The translations under genes were made by a program, and so were the position numbers. DNA of 64,000 bases from Pseudomonadota bacterium (GTDB taxonomy: Bacteria > Campylobacterota > Campylobacteria > Campylobacterales > Sulfurimonadaceae). Position 1 is the stretch's first letter; each line of letters starts with the position of its first letter. The stretch is from assembly GCA_043797085.1 (NCBI GenBank), contig JAZDQA010000013.1, forward strand, positions 128,001-192,000, given 5' to 3'. Of this stretch, positions 59,699 to 64,000 are shown piece by piece. The notes beneath the pieces are model-generated. The model was given only the letters and a program-made list of their open reading frames with translations, did not search any database and was not told the origin of the DNA.

Positions 59699-62035
59699 CT
59701 ACAGCTCCCTATTACACAAGAGGGCATAAGGACAGTATCGGCACTGTTTCATATCCTCCGTCATTTCCCAAATCCACATTTTTTGACGTGCTAAACCTCG
59801 CAAAATATCCTGTAATTTTTCACTTTTTGCCTCTAAAAACTGCTCATAAACAATTTTTCCTGTTTTGAGATCATAGTATCCGCAACGACTGACGTTTCCA
59901 AACTCTTGGGCAAGTGCACCATAAATAGCGAGCTGATAATCCACATCGCTCTCTTTTGGTTCACTGGTTGTATCGGCGAAATTACCGGTTTTGTAATCCA
60001 ACACTTCCAATCCATCGAGTGTACGATCAATCCTATCTATTCTACCAACAAGTTCAATCCCCTCAATAACTCTTCGGGAATCTTTTTCATGATACGCGAC
60101 ACGATTACCTTGAGCAAATCGTTCTATCTCATTAAAGTAAAAAGGTGTTAGTTTCTCAATCCACAACGCCTCAACATAGCGCTCCATCCCATCACTTTCC
60201 TCGTGTTCGCCCAAAACCTTGATGATCGCTTTTTTAATCTCATCGGACGAAATATAATGATCGCAGGTCATGTATATTTTTTCCATAGCCGCATGAAGAC
60301 GATTACCGATGTCCCGCTCGCGACTTAAATCTTGGGGTTGTTCATGTTCTTTTATTTTTAAAATATATTTGGTAAAAAACTGTCGTTTGCACGTTAAAAA
60401 GCTCTTTAAACCACTCGCAGAAAGAGGATGGGCACAAAAATCATACTCGCTCTCATAATCCTCAACACGACGCTCTTTAAATTCTACAATCGGGAAAAGA
60501 AGTGATACATAATCAACTTCCGCTTCATCCATCGAAATTCCCAATTGCAATAAAAACCGTGATGGAATGGTTTCGGTATTTTGAACGCACGAAATAGCAA
60601 CTTGCTGTGCGCGTTGAAACAACATCCAATAATAATGCTTTTGGAGAGATTCGCGCTCCAACGTCGTAGGCAAATCAGCTATTCGTCTCGTTTTGGTATT
60701 TAAAAAAAGATCTTTTTGACTTCGATGTGGAACGTACCCTTCATTAAAATCAACCACTATCACTCCATCAAATGCTACTCCCCGCGTCTCCAACAATCCC
60801 ATGACCGTAATTTTACCGCCACGCACATCATCAATCGAACGGCTTTTCACACGTGATAGATATATCCGCAGTGCTGATTTGAACTCATATCCGGACAATG
60901 CCTCGACAATGGGTTTAAATTTTTCACACTCTTCATTTAAAATCTCTTTGACCTCGATACGGTGCGCACTTTCCACCATCATCGCACACAAACAAATCAA
61001 ATCATCGTAGCGAAACGGTTCGTAATAATGTCCCTTAATCCATTCATACAGCTGTGATGAAACCCTCTCAAGCCGCGCCTTGTTTTCCACACTTTGCTCA
61101 CCCATATAAAGCTCTATGGCTTCTATATCGAGCACAACTCGTTCATCACTAAGTTTTGTTCCCATGGCAAAGTTAAAATTTTGTTCGTCATCAAACATTC
61201 GCAAATAGCTCGCAAACGCCTCATCAGGCGTAACGACCACAATACACTCAGGGGCAATTCCACTTTCTACCATCAGTGCGATCTTGGCTTTTACAAATCC
61301 AACCTGTACCAAACGATTATGAAAAACCTCACACGTCACATCCTCCAACGGTGCAATCACCGAGAATTCTATCATGGACATATCACTCATATTTATTCGA
61401 TATATATACCCTGCTTCTATATCCAACGACAGTTCTCGAAATCGAGTTGACATTTTTTCATTAAACGTTGTTGCATGGTAAAGACACTCCACTCGCGTTA
61501 CAGCCGCACAAGAACGGAGAACTTCAAGCTCATAACGACTCAAATACCCCTCAACATGTACGGTAATAGTCTCAAATCCTCGCACATATCCTTCATTTAT
61601 CACGATAGCAGATTTAGAAAATATCGGATCACTCCAACCGCGTGATTGGACTATATCTCTGTAACTAAACCATAGCTGTTTTAATATCGCAATATGCTCT
61701 TCGTATTCCCCATAAACGTCAGCACCTTCCAATGCATCAATAGAGACCATCTCACCGCTGAGTTCTTCAAAAAAACGAAAAATATAAGTAGAATTTTGGA
61801 TAAATGTAAAAAAGTTGCGTTCAATTAAAAGTTTATCAAATGTAGTAAAATCAGAGGCTTCGTGAAGGGCAAGAAGACGTAAATCGTTATCCGGTGATAC
61901 AACGTTTTCACTCAAAATCACCCGATCCAAAAAATCACCCATCCCCATAAGGGTAGGTAAAAATCCATCACTGTAAGTTTCTACTGTATCACGTATCGCA
62001 CGCGAGGTGGGGAAAACAACGCAAGTGCGTTGCAT
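59699..62035 (-). CDS. addB: AddB-like PD-(D/E)XK nuclease subunit
   Basis: LSASGL..F..C, GRIDRID, DYKTG, CRYCPY..LC Fe-S staple; adjacent to addA. Confidence 0.88.
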   Translation of the reverse strand: MQRTCVVFPTSRAIRDTVETYSDGFLPTLMGMGDFLDRVILSENVVSPDNDLRLLALHEASDFTTFDKLLIERNFFTFIQNSTYIFRFFEELSGEMVSIDALEGADVYGEYEEHIAILKQLWFSYRDIVQSRGWSDPIFSKSAIVINEGYVRGFETITVHVEGYLSRYELEVLRSCAAVTRVECLYHATTFNEKMSTRFRELSLDIEAGYIYRINMSDMSMIEFSVIAPLEDVTCEVFHNRLVQVGFVKAKIALMVESGIAPECIVVVTPDEAFASYLRMFDDEQNFNFAMGTKLSDERVVLDIEAIELYMGEQSVENKARLERVSSQLYEWIKGHYYEPFRYDDLICLCAMMVESAHRIEVKEILNEECEKFKPIVEALSGYEFKSALRIYLSRVKSRSIDDVRGGKITVMGLLETRGVAFDGVIVVDFNEGYVPHRSQKDLFLNTKTRRIADLPTTLERESLQKHYYWMLFQRAQQVAISCVQNTETIPSRFLLQLGISMDEAEVDYVSLLFPIVEFKERRVEDYESEYDFCAHPLSASGLKSFLTCKRQFFTKYILKIKEHEQPQDLSRERDIGNRLHAAMEKIYMTCDHYISSDEIKKAIIKVLGEHEESDGMERYVEALWIEKLTPFYFNEIERFAQGNRVAYHEKDSRRVIEGIELVGRIDRIDRTLDGLEVLDYKTGNFADTTSEPKESDVDYQLAIYGALAQEFGNVSRCGYYDLKTGKIVYEQFLEAKSEKLQDILRGLARQKMWIWEMTEDMKQCRYCPYALLCNREL

Positions 62036-62550
62036 TAAAACTCGAAAGTATTGGGATTGCGGGTATCAGCTTTGAGGTTATAGTAACGCTGTTTATCTGC
62101 AATGGAAACTTTTGCTAAAATATCCCAACGACCTACTTTTGGAAGATCTACCGCATTAAAGGTGTATTTTCCTTCATTGACGGTTGGGTTAGAGAGATTT
62201 AGATCAAAATCAGTAGTATCGGGGCGAGTCAACACCACCTCTACTTTGGCATTGCTAATTGCATTATTTAATTTATCGCTGATTTTATACACGATAACAG
62301 TCCCTTTTTCAGTGACCTGTGGTGTTAAAAAAGCAATAGTATAGTTTTTATCAAAGCTAATTTGTGCGGTGATAATATCATTCACTTTATCATCGTACTC
62401 ATGATAGCTTTGCATGCCGTATTTCGACATTTCTACAGGATTATTGAGTGCTACTTTTACCGTAACAACACATGCTGCAACCACACCAATTATTGACAAA
62501 CCAATAATCCACGGCCATTTTTTACCTGCATTTGTATTTGTATTATTCAC
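62035..62550 (-). CDS. fixH: FixH/CcoH family protein
   Basis: WPW + TM, Ig-like C-domain with RP...G.Y...P..GRW; downstream of ccoP. Confidence 0.8.
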   Translation of the reverse strand: MNNTNTNAGKKWPWIIGLSIIGVVAACVVTVKVALNNPVEMSKYGMQSYHEYDDKVNDIITAQISFDKNYTIAFLTPQVTEKGTVIVYKISDKLNNAISNAKVEVVLTRPDTTDFDLNLSNPTVNEGKYTFNAVDLPKVGRWDILAKVSIADKQRYYNLKADTRNPNTFEF

Positions 62551-63253
62551 TTTTTGTCTCTCTTTTTCTAAAAAAGCGCCCTCTTATATAGATAAAAAGT
62601 GCATACAAAATGATACCGTAAAATACTAAACGCAAAATATCAATAAATGTTTGGCTTCCAGTACCTGCAGATGAACTAAGAGTTTGTCCTTTTGAAGCAG
62701 CAATTTGTTCTGCAACATCTGCATAACCGTTGTACATAGCTACAGAATATTTGGATACAATCTCTGCCCCTTTGGCACGTTCTGCCAAAATAGGGAGAAT
62801 CGTACCTCCACGATTAACAATCAACTCTTTTACTTCATCAAAATTACGAGCAAACATAATTGAACTCACCACTGCACCTATGAAAGTTGCATTGGGGCTC
62901 AAAACTTGCCCTTTGTTAAAATCATTATATAAAGATGTTGGACGCGCTAGTATATCGACCTCTTTTTTGAGCTCTACAAACGTCATAATAACAGCAGAGC
63001 CATTTACCTCTGTACTAATACGCTTTTCAAAATCAGTAATTGATTCATTTTCATCCAAATCGCGAACCATCACCAAATAAAGTGAAATACCGGTTTTAGC
63101 TTTGAGCTCAGACCCTATGGATTCAATTTGCAAAGTAAATTTTGGGTTTTTAACAACATCATCTTTATATAAAAATTCAGCATGAAGTGAAGTGAAGAAA
63201 CATGATAAAAGTGTGAGGGCCGCTAGCCCTCGTGAAAATCTCAACGTACTCAA
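62543..63253 (-). CDS. Hypothetical membrane protein of the cbb3 oxidase cluster (TPM-like)
   Basis: Signal peptide, ELKAKTGISLY, C-terminal TM; coupled to its neighbours. Confidence 0.7.
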   Translation of the reverse strand: MSTLRFSRGLAALTLLSCFFTSLHAEFLYKDDVVKNPKFTLQIESIGSELKAKTGISLYLVMVRDLDENESITDFEKRISTEVNGSAVIMTFVELKKEVDILARPTSLYNDFNKGQVLSPNATFIGAVVSSIMFARNFDEVKELIVNRGGTILPILAERAKGAEIVSKYSVAMYNGYADVAEQIAASKGQTLSSSAGTGSQTFIDILRLVFYGIILYALFIYIRGRFFRKRETKSE

Positions 63254-63351
63254 CCGACGAAGAGGTGATTAGGTGTAACTACTGCCCACAATGTGATTGC
63301 AGCAGAAATCACTAATGTGATCGTGATGAGTTTATCCATGATACTTGCCAT
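63250..63351 (-). CDS. 33-aa single-TM peptide of the cbb3 cluster
   Basis: Hand translation MASIMDKLITITLVISAAITLWAVVTPNHLFVG; AAGGGG RBS; stop overlaps the next TTG start; missed by the ORF track. Confidence 0.75.
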   Translation of the reverse strand: MASIMDKLITITLVISAAITLWAVVTPNHLFVG

Positions 63352-63361
63352 CTTAAACCCC

Positions 63362-63568
63362 TTATTTAACATCAACAACATGTTTAGCATTTTCGGTGCT
63401 AATCATCTTGATGTCTTTTTCATTTTCGACTTGATAGAAGTTAGCCGCGCTTGCTTGTTGTACACCCAATCCCCAGACGGTTAAACCGACGAGGATAGAG
63501 AGAAGCAATACGGTAGCAACTAACATGCCGGTAATACCGTGTATTGAAAATATACTACGATTTTCCAT
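63362..63568 (-). CDS. DUF4006-type small membrane protein downstream of ccoP
   Basis: RSIFSIHGITGMLVATVLLLSIL single-TM pattern, AGGAG RBS. Confidence 0.8.
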   Translation of the reverse strand: MENRSIFSIHGITGMLVATVLLLSILVGLTVWGLGVQQASAANFYQVENEKDIKMISTENAKHVVDVK

Positions 63569-63578
63569 AATTTGCTCC

Positions 63579-64000
63579 TTATTTCTTACTCAAGCTTGCG
63601 ACATACGCGTCAAGTGCTTTAAATTGAACTTCAGTTAGGTTGTTAAATGCCGGCATTGCACCGATTGCACCTTTTTTACCATGTTTAAGAACCATATCAA
63701 CCATAGCCGGAGTCATCTCAGCAATGTTTGGAGCAACCATCTCCATACCTTTGCCATCAGGTCCATGACATGCCGCACATGTACCTGCAAAAACATCAGC
63801 ACCTTCAGTACCTTTTAATCCGCCGGCAACATATTTAGAAACTGCATCAATCTCTGCATCAGTAATTAATGCATTGGTATTAGCATTCATCAATCCGTTA
63901 CGATCAGGCATTGGCATGCTTGTTCCCAAAAGATTGTTATTTGCACCGTTTACAACAGCATGTTTTACTGATTGCTCAGCAAGACGAACGTGTAAATCAG
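63579..64000 (-). CDS. ccoP: cbb3-type cytochrome c oxidase subunit III (3' part; start beyond the window)
   Basis: CAACHG heme motif, MP ligands, GAIGAMPAF; followed by the DUF4006 and fixH genes. Confidence 0.85.
   Translation of the reverse strand, partial: DLHVRLAEQSVKHAVVNGANNNLLGTSMPMPDRNGLMNANTNALITDAEIDAVSKYVAGGLKGTEGADVFAGTCAACHGPDGKGMEMVAPNIAEMTPAMVDMVLKHGKKGAIGAMPAFNNLTEVQFKALDAYVASLSKK

Noticed and set aside
56996..62035. Helicase-nuclease pair as a defence system or Cas4
   Set aside because: Motifs, sizes and context fit housekeeping AddAB recombination repair.

Overview
AT-rich chromosomal segment of a Campylobacterota (epsilonproteobacterial) bacterium. Gene content and order suggest a free-living Sulfuricurvum/Sulfurimonas-like organism; this is an inference, not a database assignment. 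Most of the window is core housekeeping on the minus strand: the tRNA(Thr,Tyr,Gly,Thr)-tuf-rpmG-tRNA(Trp)-secE-nusG-rplKAJL-rpoB cluster, a panD/ispA/tkt/corA block, murE, a detached rpmJ-rpsMKD-rpoA-rplQ operon, the moaA-queE-queD...rsmE-rpmE-rsmI-rlmB...hom block, mnmG-petABC, porCDAB, rplM-rpsI, addAB and the 3' end of the cbb3 oxidase (ccoP...fixH) cluster. No transposase, prophage or CRISPR array was found. The most unusual features are: (1) luxS clustered with an LsrK AI-2 kinase, an LsrG-like ABM protein and a class II aldolase, with no Lsr transporter, LsrR or LsrF, which suggests a compact DPD/AI-2 carbon-salvage pathway; (2) a ~75-nt three-hairpin repeat in 4 full copies and 1 partial copy, always at gene 3' ends in the sense orientation, with a covarying terminal stem; (3) a ~150-bp inverted-repeat element in the mnmG leader; (4) a structured leader upstream of rpmJ; and (5) an EptA/PAP2/LTA-synthase envelope-modification island with a PhoP-box-like repeat and a perfect 18-bp palindrome in its divergent promoter.
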